A model generated the notes under the pieces. The model was not told the DNA's origin. It saw only the letters and a program-made list of their open reading frames with translations, and made no database searches. A stretch of DNA of 64,000 bases. Origin: an uncultured Mycoplasma sp. GTDB lineage: Bacteria > Bacillota_I > Bacilli_A > Mycoplasmatales > Metamycoplasmataceae. The position numbers and the translations under genes are program-made. Shown piece after piece: positions 12,709 through 24,337 of this stretch. Each line of letters begins with the position of its first letter. Position 1 is the first letter of the stretch. The stretch covers positions 47,323 to 111,322 of the forward strand of contig CAMQYZ010000003.1 of the NCBI GenBank assembly GCA_947039505.1. Reading direction: 5' to 3'.

Positions 12709-14643
12709 TTATTTGATTCTAAGTAAGGTTTGTTCTATGGTATTTAATTTAACTGTAGAACCAATAGCAATTGTTACTATTGGTAATGTGTGAGAAAAAT
12801 CAAATTCTGCCAATATCGGAATTTTTAAATCATATATAAATTCTTTAATAAAATCATAGTATTTTATTCCATTAGATATTTCTTCAAATCCTTCACATTT
12901 TCCTATAATTAAACCACCAACTTTATGTAATATTCCACTATTTCTTAAAGAAGCAAAATTTTTCTCAATTTGTGCTAAATTTAAATTATTATTGCTACAT
13001 GTATCTTCAAAAAAAAGAATAGTTTTATCATCTATTTTGGGAAAATATTTTGTATTTATCATAGGGATAAAAGTATTTAAATTTCCACCTATAAGGACTC
13101 CTTCTACAACTCCTTCTACAAGAGTAATCATTTTGTTTTTTTTCATCTCTTTATTCGGTACAGGTTCATCATCAGATCAAGGAATAAATTGAGATGTATA
13201 TTTATCAGGAATAATTAATAAACCCAATTTATCATTAATACAATTATCTATTAATGATTTAAGATGAAAATCATTAATATCTTCTTGATTATCAAATCCT
13301 AAAATAAAAGAAGAACTATAATATGTTATTTTTTTAGTTATTGTATAAATGGCTAATATTAATGCAGTTGTATCACTGTGACCAATTATTTTTATTTTAC
13401 TTTTACCGATTTTTTCATAATCTAAATATTCTAATATTGAAGAAGTGTTGTTGCCACCTATTGAAGACATTAAAATATCTATATTTTCATCATTTACTAA
13501 TTTGTTTATCTCATTAGCCCTTTCTAAAGCAGTTCCTGTTCGATAATTTTTATTGGTAAATGATAAATAACCATGAATAACATCAAATCCATTATTTTTT
13601 AAAAAAGTCTCCGATCTTTTACATTTATTAGGGAATATAGAAATAATTGGAGTTGATGAATTATAAATACCTATAACAACTTTATTTTTAAAAAAATATT
13701 CTTGAATATTAAAATCTCAAAAATTAATTAATATTTTTTTGTTAATAGTTTGTGCATTTTTTTTATCAAATAAAAAACACAAAAATTCTTTTATAGCTAT
13801 CGAACTAGAAATTTTGTTTATACCCAAAAAAGAAGGTGATTGGTATCATGAATTTATTTTATATATACTTTTATTTTTAACATGAATATTTAATGCTTTT
13901 TCATATTGAGTATTTTTTTCAAAAATAATTGGACCAACAGAAATAAAATCATTTATATATCCAGCATGTATATAAGGTATTTTTTTTTCTGTAAAAAAAT
14001 TATATGCTTCAATTGCTATTGATTGCGGAGAATCAGCTGATACAAAAGCAAAATCAGGAAACTTTGACAAAACTATATTTGAACTAAATTTTTTCAAATG
14101 TTTCTCAACATAAATTTCTTTATCTCATGATTTAATATATTTTTCCATAATATCAATTTTATATTTTCCGACATCATCAAAGGTAAAGATTATCTGTCTA
14201 GTTAAATTACTTTCTTCAATTTCGTCATCATCAACTAAAATAATATTTTTGACATTTAATCTCAACAATTCAATTATTATATTATTTCCTATGCCACCAC
14301 ATCCAGCAATTAAAACTGTCTTGTCTTTTAACTTACTTAAATTAAAATTATCAAAACTTGAATCTAAAAACTGATTATGTCTATTATATAATTCTTCAAA
14401 TTTAAAAATAAAATTATCAGATTTTTCCAATATATTTTTTTCTTGTAGTTTATTTTTTATTGTTTCTCATTCACTAGTTTCTGGAATGTGTTTGGAAAGA
14501 TTGAAATCACTAAAAATTTTATATTCTTTTTTACTTAATTCAACTAATTTAATATTAATTTTAGAAGCAAAAAAATGTAAAATAAATTTTTCTTCAACTT
14601 CATCAATTTGCATTAATCTGTAATAAGGTTTAATTTTTAGCAT
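12709..14643 (-). CDS. Fusion protein: MccB-like (ThiF/E1 superfamily) adenylyltransferase + MccF-like S66 serine peptidase
   Basis: 644 aa in one frame. I checked the junctions 13146-13177 and 13470-13846 codon by codon and found only TGA, no TAA or TAG. The N-half has LYNRHNQFL, GCGGIGNN, ESNLTRQ, FVSADSP and HAGYINDFISVGP. The C-half has GHSDTTAL, FFEDT and DFSHTLP, a Ser-Glu-His triad. Confidence 0.7.
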
Positions 14644-14701
14644 TGTATATGTTTTGATAAAATAACAATAAATGAAAACTAAACTAAGAACTAAAATTTA
14701 T

Positions 14702-14737
14702 TTAGTTAAAATTAATAACTGATCATTCTATTGGCAT
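14702..14737 (-). CDS. Candidate 11-codon micro-ORF MPIEWSVINFN (possible MccA-like precursor)
   Basis: ATG CCA ATA GAA TGA TCA GTT ATT AAT TTT AAC TAA ends in Asn. It lies 58 nt upstream of the fusion gene and downstream of a TATAAT box. There is no independent support for it. Confidence 0.2.
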
Positions 14738-14768
14738 TTAATCATCTTTCGGTATTTATTCTAATTCT

Positions 14769-14774
14769 ATTATA
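14769..14774 (-). promoter_or_regulatory. Putative -10 box (TATAAT) upstream of micro-ORF and MccB-like gene
   Basis: A perfect TATAAT on the minus strand with a TTGTTG/TTTTGT-like element about 15-17 nt upstream. AT-rich context makes chance matches common. Confidence 0.3.
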
Positions 14775-14869
14775 TCAAATTATAAATACAACAAAATAAT
14801 AATTGCATTATTATTAAAATTCTGACTTAGTTAGGATTTTAATTTGCTGTCTTTTTAAAGACTATCATA

Positions 14870-16555
14870 TTATTTTTTATGTTTAATGTTGTAATCTATT
14901 AATTGTTCATCACTTACAACTGAAGGAGATTCTGACATCACATCAATTCCATTTGCGTTTTTTGGAAAGGCAATAACATCTCTGATTGATTTAGACTTTG
15001 ATAAAATCATTAAGATTCGATCAACTCCAAAAGAAATTCCTCCATGTGGTGGAGCTCCATATTTAAATGCTTCTAAAAAGAAACCAAACTGTGACATAAT
15101 TTGTTCGTCTGATAGTTGAAGTGTTTGGAAGATTTTGGTTTGCAATTCACGATCATTAATTCTGATTGAACCTGAAGATAATTCATAACCATTTAAAACT
15201 AGGTCGTATGCTCTTGCATTTACTTTCAATGGTTCTTTATCCAAATACTTTAAAGTTTCGCTTGTAGGGTGTGTAAATGGATGGTGCATTGAAGATATAC
15301 GACCTTCTACTTCTTCAAACAAAGGTCAATCAACAATTCATACAAATTTATATTCATCATCATTTGCATAGGTAAATAATTCGTTAGCTTTAGTTCTAAT
15401 AGCACCTAATGATTGATTAACATTTTCTAATTTATCAGCAACAAAGATCAATGTTGAATTAGTTATTTTAAATTGTTTAATAATTTCATTTAATTCATTA
15501 GCAATAATGGTGTTTAAATTATTTTCATTAAATTTCCCATCGGTAATTTTAATTGCAATAATTTTTTCCGCTTTATTTTTAAGAGCGATTTCTTCAAGTA
15601 CTTTAATTTCTTTTGAAGATAATGAGTGCTCAAAGTTAAGCATTTTAATTGCTTCTTTTTGAAAGATTTCTGATTTTACATTTTTAAAGATATCTGATAC
15701 TTCTAAAAGTTTTAAATCAAATCTTAAATCAGGTTTATCACAACCATAAGTATTCATTGCGTGTGCAAAAGTCATTCTTTCAAATTTTGGGCTTAACTTA
15801 TATCCAACAACACTCATAATTTCAATTCAAAGATTTTCCATTACTGAAAATAGTTCTTCTTCATCGATAAAAGACATTTCCACATCAAGTTGAGTAAATT
15901 CTGGTTGACGATCTTTCCGCATATCTTCATCACGAAACGCTCTAGCTACTTGAAAATATCTTTCAAATCCCGAAATCATTAACAGTTGTTTATACAATTG
16001 TGGTGATTGAGGAAGGGCAAAAAATTTACCATCATTTCTTGTTGGAACTAAAAAGTCTCTGGCACCCTCTGGAGTTGATTTAGAAAGCACAGGGGTTTCT
16101 ATTTCCAAAAAACCATTTGCATCAAAGAAATTTCTAGCTGCTCTTAAAACTTGATGTCTTAATAATAAGTTTGCATACATTTTTGGTCTTCGCAAATCTA
16201 AATATCTATGCTTTAATCTAGTATCTTCTTTGGCGTTTAAATCATCTTTAATTTCAAAAGGCAATTCATCTGATTTACTTAAAATTTGATAACTTGTAAT
16301 ATTGATTTCATAATTACCTGTTGGTAAATTAGGGTTAGGAGATTTACGTTTAACAATAGTTCCAATAACTTGTAAAACTGATTCTTTACTAAAGTCAATT
16401 TTGTCAGGAAAAACCAATTGAACAAACCCAGTTCTGTCTCTAAAATCAACAAAAGAAATTTGACCCATTTTTCTAATATTAGAAACTCATCCATAGAGAG
16501 TTACAGAATCATTTTCTTTTAATTTTAATATATCTATATTATTTATTTTTTTCAT
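14870..16555 (-). CDS. aspS: Aspartate--tRNA ligase
   Basis: OB-fold N-terminus. Motifs QSPQLYKQLLM and FRDEDMRKDRQPEFTQLDVEMSF (motif 2), a GAD-type insertion, HHPFTHP and GISFGVDRILM (motif 3). 562 codons. The start overlaps the hisS end by 17 nt. Confidence 0.95.
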
Positions 16556-17816
16556 TTTTAATTCCTTCTAAAATGACATTCATGACTTGATTATTTTCAA
16601 CTTCAATTTTAACATTTTTAATTATATTTTTGATAGTTATTAGTTTGTTTGATGGATTTTCAAATAATTCATAGTAAACTATTTGCTTTGCTCCAAAAAG
16701 ATTAGCATCAGCAAAAATCTTTTTTTGCTTTAAGAATTTTTTATTAAAATCAACAATAATGTTTTGTTTTCTTAGTTCACAAATAATGGGAAATAGCATT
16801 GTAAATTCTTCTTGATTATTAATCATAAAATAAACATCAACATCATCTTCTTTGATATCAGCACTATCTTTTAAAATTTCGAATAGTCTTTCCACGCCAA
16901 CTCCAAAACCAACACCAACAATATCTTGACCTGAATTTTGAATTAAATTATCATAACACCCACCACCTATGATAGTCGATTTAGTTCCTAATGATTTTGA
17001 ATCAGATTCAAATTCAAAAACAACATTGGTATAATAATCAAGTCCTCTTACCAATACGGGATCCACTTCATACTTAATTCCAAAACTTTTTAATAATGAT
17101 AAAAGTTCTTCAAAAGATTTTCTAGACTCTTCTGAAAGAAAATCATTAATTTTGGGAGCATTTAAAACAACCGCCTTTTTCGAATCAACTTTGTCATCTA
17201 AAATTCGTAAGGGATTATTGTTAATTCTTGAAATTGATAAGTTAGAAAGTTCATTTTGGTTTTGGGAAAAATAACTTGATAATTCTTTGGTAAAATTTAT
17301 CCTTTCTTCTTTTGTGCCGATATTATTGATTTTTAAAATTCAATCATTTATTTTTAAGGTTGTTAAAAATTGTTCAGCAAGTTTAATAATTTCGATTGTG
17401 GAATAAATATGATTGTCACCAACAAGTTCAGCACCAATTTGATAAAATTGTCTCATTCTTCCTTTTTGGGGTTTTTCATATCTAAACATTGGGCCAATAT
17501 AGAAAAGTTTATTAAACTTCTTATCAATTAGAAGTTTATTTTCTACCATTGCACGAGCAACAGGGGCTGTTCCTTCAGGTCTTAAGGCTAATTCTCTATT
17601 TGATAAATCTTTAAATGAATAAAGTTCTTTAACAACAATATCGCTCGTTTCGCCAGAAGTATCTTTAAATAAAGATAGTGCTTCAAAAATTGGTGTAGTT
17701 ATCTTTTGAAAATTATATGATTTTGCAAGAGATTCAAAGGAATTAAAAATCAATGAATAAATTTTTTGATCATTTCCATATATATCTTTAGTTCCCTTTG
17801 GTCTTTGTATCATCAT
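16539..17816 (-). CDS. hisS: Histidine--tRNA ligase
   Basis: Motifs RPKGTKD, LRPEGTAPVAR, FRYEKPQKGRMRQFYQIG, RGLDYYT, GGGCYDNL and GFGVGVERL. The start is taken at MMIQRPKGTKD rather than the upstream TTG in the ORF track. Confidence 0.9.
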
Positions 17817-17821
17817 ATTCC

Positions 17822-17853
17822 TTTCAAAAAATAAAAACCCACTCGGGGTTTTT
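17822..17853 (-). terminator. Rho-independent terminator/attenuator after secDF
   Basis: AAAAACCC-cgagt-GGGTTTTT on the minus strand forms an 8-bp stem, followed by ATTTTTT. It lies immediately before the hisS ribosome-binding site. Confidence 0.6.
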
Positions 17854-17907
17854 ATTTCCAACAATTAATCCCTTATGTAAATTAATTTTATCAAATAAAT
17901 ATTTGTT

Positions 17908-20403
17908 TTATTTAATATCATTAATACCTAAGAAAATTTGTTCTTGAATATTTTGTGTTTCTCAATAATTATTAAGAATTTTTTCTCTTTTTCTTCGACT
18001 TTTGAAAGCTTTAAAAATAGTGAATAAGTAAGGCAATATTATTGTTGATATCACTAATGACATTAATATAAAAATCATTAGAGGTATTGTGAACAATATA
18101 TTTTGAGCACCTGGGAATATCGTGAATATTAATAAAGTAATCATTAGTATTCCATTAGAAATCAATAATCTTTTAAAAGAATCCTTAACAACTAAATCAG
18201 TTATTCCAGTTAGCTCTGTTTTTGTTAATTCTTCTGTTTTTTTATTCTTTAATTTTTCTTTAATTCTAAACAAAATAGATAAATTATTTGATACAGCAAT
18301 TAAAATGGCTGACGATAATCCAAAGATAAAGAATGTGTTGAATGTAAAGATTTGGAATGTGAATAACACTATAAATAAAATAATAGCAGCAGTTAGTGAG
18401 AAGAACATTGCCAATGCATATGATCAATCTGTTTTAATTAGTACAAAGATTGTCATAATTATTATTGTAGCCAAAGCAATATACATCACATGCAGGATTG
18501 ATTGATTTGCATCTTTTGCCAAAATAGAATAATTTATTAAAAATAATCCTTGATTACGCAATTCTAATATTTTTTGATCATCAATTACTTTATTGGTCAA
18601 TATTTCCAACACATATGGTTTTGACGAATTTTCTGTTTTATCCGCTAATTTTAATGTTATTTCATTTTTAGAAATACCAAGTTCTTCTTGTAAAATATTT
18701 GCAAAATCTTTTGCTTGTACTTCACTCATAGAATTTGTTGACTTTAAAACAGTAGGATTGGTCAAAGCTCCAGCAGAATTAAAACCATATACTCAATTAG
18801 AACCTAAAAGACTAAATGTTGCAAATAACGTTGTTCCTACAATTGCAACAATTCCCAAGATTAAAGATAATGTTTTTTTACAAATACCTATTTTTCTAGA
18901 ACTTGAAGTTGAAGAATCAATTAGCGATGTTTGCTCTAAAGGATTAATTTGACTTTTTTCCAAATCCATATTTAGATTAACTGATTTAACTTTTGATTTA
19001 TTTCTTTTTTTGTAAATACCGAATAAGTAGATTTTGTCATCAAATACATTTGTACCTAATATCAAATTTGTCAAAATTCTAATTAATGCAAGCATGATTA
19101 TTGATGTAAAAATTGACATAATTAATATCAATGCAGAAAATGTTCCTAAATATAAAGAACCAGCAACATAAATTATAGTTGAGGTTATCATAAGACCTAT
19201 TGCTTTAGCAATTGAAGAGGACATAGTTAGTTTGTCAGCTTTTTTCAAAGATTTTTGTAAACCATTTCCTAATTTTAATTCTTTTTTCAATCTTTCGAAA
19301 AAGACAATATTAAAATCTAATCCAATTCCTACTGCAAGCATTAAGGCAGCTATTGCTTCTGCAGAATAATCACCTCTAAATACAGTTATCATCAATAAAC
19401 CAAGAAAAATCAAAAAAGCAGCACATATTGTTGATAAAGCACCCAATAATCCATAATTAACAATTAAAAATATGGCGATAAAAGAAAATGCCACAATTGC
19501 TGCAATCATCAAAAATTGTGAAGCATTATTTCCAAATGTAGGAGAAATAAAATTAGATGTTTGAATATTTAATAAATATGGCGATACCGAAAAGTCTAGA
19601 TTATAGAAAATCTCTTCCCTTTGTTCTTTTGTGATTTTTGGTGCAAAAGCAAAATCTAAATTTAAAGAAGTAGAAAATACTCCATCTTCAGGGGCGGTAT
19701 TTTTTGATATCAAGTAATCTGTAGCATTAAATCCTCCAAAAGATTCAGTTTTTAAAATCGCTTTAGGACCATTTTCTACATCTTCTATTATTCCATTGAT
19801 ATATAAAAATTTATAAGGATCTTTATTAACTTCTGCAGACGTTCATTCATCATTATATTCAGTAGAAGCCAATTTCATTAATCCTGACAAATCTTTTCAA
19901 ATCAAAATATTTTCTTTTGAATATGAAGGACTTTTTAAATCCAAAGATATTGAATCATTTGTCATAGTTGCATTACTAAAATTGAAAATTAATTCTTTTG
20001 GTTTTCCATCTAATCCCAAATTTTGTGTAGTTACAGTTGTTTTGTCTTTATTTGAAATAAATGATTTAAAAAAATTCATTTGTTCATTTGTATCAACATT
20101 TGTACCAGTAATGGTCAAAAAATCATTAGAATTTAATGTGACAGCATAACTTGAATCACCTGGAAGACTAAGTCTTAATCTTTGTTCTACTTGTCTCTTG
20201 ATAACTTCGGGAGTATCATCTAGGTCAGTTATTTTCAGAACTACTTCTGCACCTGATTTATAATTTATTGTTGGTTTATTATTGGACACTCCATAGACAG
20301 AACCCAAGGCAACACCAAGCGTCATAGAAATCAAAGAAATAGATGAAATAGTTCATCTTTTTCAATTAGATAATTTGAAAATTTTCTTAACCTTGTTAAA
20401 CAT
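17908..20403 (-). CDS. secDF: Protein translocase subunit SecDF (fused)
   Basis: Five same-frame pieces give 832 codons. It has an N-terminal TM helix, a large extracytoplasmic domain, then two six-helix bundles with the SecD/SecF-type FFERLKKEL segment. The terminal TGA at 17962 is read through to TAA at 17908. Confidence 0.8.
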
Positions 20404-20432
20404 AATATAAATTATACTAAAAAGTTATTAAT

Positions 20433-21407
20433 TTATTTGATTTTAGAATTATTGATGTTATATGTAAGCAAATATTTATAACCTTCAGAAGTCATCTTTC
20501 TACCTCTTGAGGTTTTTGAAATCAATTTAAGGGATAAAAGGGAAGCCTCAATATCATTAATAATAACTTCTTTTGATTCATTTAAAATACTAACTATTGC
20601 ATCTAACGATGTTGCTTTCATATTAAAAACTTCTTCTAATATCTTCATGTATTCAATATGAAGAATATTTAAACCATATTTAAATAAAGATAAATGATCA
20701 AATGTTTTAATGATTATTTTATCAGTAATAATTCCTTCATTGTAAAAATATGCAAAATCAATAATTCTTTTTAAAAGTCTATTTGCAATTCTTGGAGTCC
20801 CATTGGAATAAGTAGCTATTTTTATCGCTTGCTCTTTTGTTATTTGACATTTTAATATTTTTGAAGAATTAATAATAATTTGTGATAATTCTTTTTCACT
20901 ATATTTTTCTAGTTTTGATAAAATTCCAAAGCGATCTTTAATTGGTTGACTTATTTTAGAGATATTAGTCGTTGCACCAATTAAAGTAAAATCTTGAATT
21001 TTCATTCTAATTATTTTTTTATCTCCTTCAGGTCCAATAGAAATATCAATCACACTATCTTCAAGAGCGGAATATATTAATTCTTCCAAATTTTTATTAA
21101 TACTATGTATTTCATCAATAAAAATAATGTCTCCTTTATTAACATTTGCAAAAATTGCCAGTATATCTGAACGCATTACTAATAAAGAACCTTGCACAAA
21201 AACTATTTGACGATTAGAATATGTTGATATTAATTCTGCCAAAGTTGTTTTTCCTAAACCCGGTGAACCATAAAACAGCATGTGATCAGGATATTTTTTT
21301 TGTTCCTCAGCAGATTTAATCATCACTTTGAGTGTTTGCACCAACTTCTTTTGACCAATAAAACCAGAAAAACTATGAGGTCTGAGTGATTTTTTTATGT
21401 TGTTCAT
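20433..21407 (-). CDS. ruvB: Holliday junction branch migration ATPase RuvB
   Basis: LRPHSFSGFIGQ, Walker A GSPGLGKTT, Walker B IIFIDEIH, and LIGATT. The start is taken at MNNIKKSLRP. Confidence 0.95.
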   Translation of the reverse strand: MNNIKKSLRPHSFSGFIGQKKLVQTLKVMIKSAEEQKKYPDHMLFYGSPGLGKTTLAELISTYSNRQIVFVQGSLLVMRSDILAIFANVNKGDIIFIDEIHSINKNLEELIYSALEDSVIDISIGPEGDKKIIRMKIQDFTLIGATTNISKISQPIKDRFGILSKLEKYSEKELSQIIINSSKILKCQITKEQAIKIATYSNGTPRIANRLLKRIIDFAYFYNEGIITDKIIIKTFDHLSLFKYGLNILHIEYMKILEEVFNMKATSLDAIVSILNESKEVIINDIEASLLSLKLISKTSRGRKMTSEGYKYLLTYNINNSKIK

Positions 21408-21954
21408 TTGATATTGCCTTAATCGCTTGTTCGACCATCTCTTCAATAGGCAAGTTAATATCAACCTGATTTAATGCAAGAGATATTTGTTTTTTGGTAA
21501 AACCAAGTGCTTTCAAAGCATCGGCTAAATCTCCCTCATTTTTATTTACTGGATTTTTTGCCAAAATATTGTTGTATTTAGATTGAAATTCAAAAACTAA
21601 TTGTTTGGCCGATCTTTGACCAAGATGAGGCATTTGTGCCAATCTTTCTCAATCACCCAAGGCAATTAAATCTAATGCAATTTTTCAGCCTTCATTTAAA
21701 ATTGCAATTCCTGTCTTGGGACCAATCCCTTGAATTGATAAGAGATCTTCAAAAAATAATCTTTCTTTAAATTCTTTGAACCCATAATATGCATCTATAT
21801 AATCATTTTTATGATGATACATAAATACTTTCTGAAATTTATCTAATTCAAATCTTTCTATTTCTGGTGCATAAACCACAAATCCAGTATAGTTTGATTC
21901 AAACAAAAAATAATTTTTAGCAATGGAAACTATTTTCCCTAATTTGTATAACAT
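21373..21954 (-). CDS. ruvA: Holliday junction DNA-binding protein RuvA
   Basis: OB-fold N-terminus and two helix-hairpin-helix motifs (LSIQGIGPKTGIAIL and MPHLGQRSAKQLV). 194 codons with two TGA codons. Overlaps the ruvB start. Confidence 0.85.
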
Positions 21955-22057
21955 ATTTCTTCCTCCATATATATATGTTGAAAAATAGATAATTTTTAAA
22001 AAATAATAATATTTTAATAATATAACTTGTTTCTTAGCAAAAAAAAGCAAAAAAAAA

Positions 22058-22134
22058 TGGGGTAGATAACGGGATTCGAACCCGCGCATAACGGCACCAC
22101 AAGCCGCAGTGTTAACCGCTTCACCATATCTACC
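22058..22134 (-). tRNA. tRNA-His (anticodon GUG)
   Basis: Cloverleaf folded by hand. It has G(-1) plus acceptor GTAGATA/TATCTAC, anticodon stem GCGGC/GCCGT with loop TTGTGGT, T-arm GCGGGTTCGAATCCCGT, discriminator C, and an encoded CCA. Confidence 0.9.
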
Positions 22135-22166
22135 ATGATATGTTTAATAAATATTATACTAAAAGA

Positions 22167-22469
22167 TTAGTGTCTTCCTTGATAATTCATCAAAATATTA
22201 TAAGGTTTTAAATCAAATAAATTTACAATTGTTTCTGTGATATACTTTTTAATCAAATTCATTGTAATTAAAAGGTCTGAATTTTTAGTAATTGTAAAGT
22301 TAAAAGATATTTTTACGTTTTTTCCTTTTCTAACAATAGTGATCTCTGGTTCGCCTTGAACTTTTACTTCTTTTATCTTGGATGACATTAAATTAACAAT
22401 ATCTAAAAAAACTTTTTTATGAATATTAGTTGTTTGATTAATATTATTTTTAATGTTGATATATTCCAT
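22167..22469 (-). CDS. Small conserved protein, possibly Asp23/Gls24 family
   Basis: 100-aa intact ORF overlapping the efp stop as TAATG. The family call rests only on size, position and weak resemblance. Confidence 0.35.
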   Translation of the reverse strand: MEYINIKNNINQTTNIHKKVFLDIVNLMSSKIKEVKVQGEPEITIVRKGKNVKISFNFTITKNSDLLITMNLIKKYITETIVNLFDLKPYNILMNYQGRH

Positions 22470-23032
22470 TACTTCTTACCTTTTCCAACATATTTACCAG
22501 TTTCAGTAGCAACAGTGATAATTTCACCTTCTTTAATAAACATCGGCACTTCAATTTCAAACCCAGTAACTAAAGTTACTTTCTTTTGAGGATTTGTAGT
22601 TGTGTTTCCCTTAACTGCATCAGCAGCTTCAACAACTTCAAGATCAATATTTAACGGAATTTCTAAATCCAAAATTTCAGATTCAAATTTACGAACTTTA
22701 ACTTCAGTTCCTTCATTTAAAAAGTTAAGCTCTCACTTTAGTTTTTCAGAATTTAATTCAATCTGTTCAAAAGTTTCATTGTCCATTAAAACACAATTAA
22801 CCCCATCATTATAAAGAAAATTCATTGCCACTCTTTCAATATGAGCTTTTTTAACTTTATCTCCACCAGTAAAAGACTTAACCACTGTGGCATTACTACG
22901 CAAATCTTTTACTTTAGCTTTAACATTAGCTTGACCTCTTCCTTGTTTAGAATGAGATGCTTCAAGCACAATATACAAACTACCATCCATTTGGAATGTA
23001 ATTCCTGGTTTAAAATCATTAACACTAATCAT
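22469..23032 (-). CDS. efp: Elongation factor P
   Basis: MISVNDFKPGITF and HSKQGRGQANVKAKVKDL, followed by OB domains II and III. 188 codons with one TGA. Confidence 0.95.
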
Positions 23033-23044
23033 AAATTATCCTTT

Positions 23045-24085
23045 TTATTTTCTTGAGAGAACTAAGTGACCAGAATCAGTAACTAATACATCATCTTCAA
23101 TTCTTGCTCCACCAAGATTTTCAATATAAATACCTGGTTCAATAGTAATAACCATTCCTGGTTCTAAAATCATTGGCATTTTAGATGAAACACTAGGTAT
23201 TTCATGAACATCAATTCCCAAACCATGTCCTGTACTATGGATAAAATGATTTCCATAACCCATTTCAGTAATATATTGTCTACAAATATCATCAAGTTCT
23301 TTAGAACTAATTCCCGGTCTAACTGCTTCACGACCTCTTCTTGCAGCTTCTTCAACAATCTTAAGGATTTCTACAAGTTTTTGATCAACAACTGTTGCTT
23401 CTGATTTTTTGTAAATCAAAGTTCTAGTAATATCAGATGCATATCCCTTAAAAAAACAACCAAAATCAATTTTCACAATGTCACCATCTTTTAACAATTT
23501 ATTTGTTGGGTGATGATGTGGCATCGCTGAATTAGGACCAAAGGCCACAATTGATTCAAAAGATTCTTTATCAGCTCCTAATCTTTTCATTAAATAATTT
23601 AATTTATTATCAAGTTCAATTTCCGAAACACCTTCTACAATAAAAGTTTGTAGTTTATCAAAAGCTTCCAAAGAAATATTTACTGCTTTTTGAATTTTTG
23701 AAACTTCACTAGAATCTTTCAACATTCTCAATTCTTGACCTTTAATATTAATAATTACTGCACTAGGTAAGGTGTTTTTTATTCTATTATAATGAGTAAC
23801 TTCTAAATAGTCACTTTCAATAGCTATTTTTCCAAAATTCTTAGCTTGAATAAAATTATTGAAAGATTCTCCTTCTAATAAAACAACTTCAACGTTTTTA
23901 GCATGATTTTTAGCATATTCAAAATACCTTCCATCTACAAAAAGTGTTGCTTTATTTTTTTCTATTATAATATAACCTTCAGAAACCATTATTTCTGAAA
24001 ATCATAATTTTGTTTGATAAGATTTTGAAATTATTGCATCTAATTCAAATTGAACAAAAAATTCATCTAAAACACTTCTATTCAT
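23045..24085 (-). CDS. pepP: Xaa-Pro aminopeptidase (M24B)
   Basis: Metal-ligand motifs DFGCFFKGYASDITRT, HSTGHGLGIDVHE, EPGIY and ARIEDD. 347 codons. AAGGAG precedes the ATG. Confidence 0.85.
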
Positions 24086-24087
24086 AA

Positions 24088-24240
24088 TTATTTTTTCTCC
24101 TTGTGAGTTGTGTGAGTATTACATTTATGACAATGTTTTTTAATCTCTAATTTCTCTACTTGATTTTTTTTGTTTCTTGTTGTGATGTAATTTTCCATTT
24201 TACACTCATCACATCTCATTGTAATTCCAGTTGCAGCCAT
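24088..24240 (-). CDS. rpmG: 50S ribosomal protein L33
   Basis: 50 aa: [50 protein letters not shown]. It has the CxxC...CxxC zinc ribbon and the HKE ending typical of L33. It is too short for the ORF track. Confidence 0.85.
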   Translation of the reverse strand: MAATGITMRCDECKMENYITTRNKKNQVEKLEIKKHCHKCNTHTTHKEKK

Positions 24241-24337
24241 TTTGTCTCCTATTTGTCATTAAAGTTTTAACACTTAAATTTATATTTTATAAATAAAATT
24301 ATATCAAAAAAAATATAATTAATTACTATTTAGACCT

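Noticed and set aside
12709-13470. Annotating the S66 domain as a murein LD-carboxypeptidase (LdcA)
   Set aside because: Mollicutes have no peptidoglycan. The domain is also covalently fused to an MccB-like enzyme, so an MccF-type role is more plausible. The activity remains unproven.
14839-14868. Reporting MIVFKKTAN as an annotated CDS feature
   Set aside because: It is kept only as a hypothesis inside the MccB finding. Asn codons followed by TAA are common by chance in this composition, and it lies upstream of the best promoter-like element.
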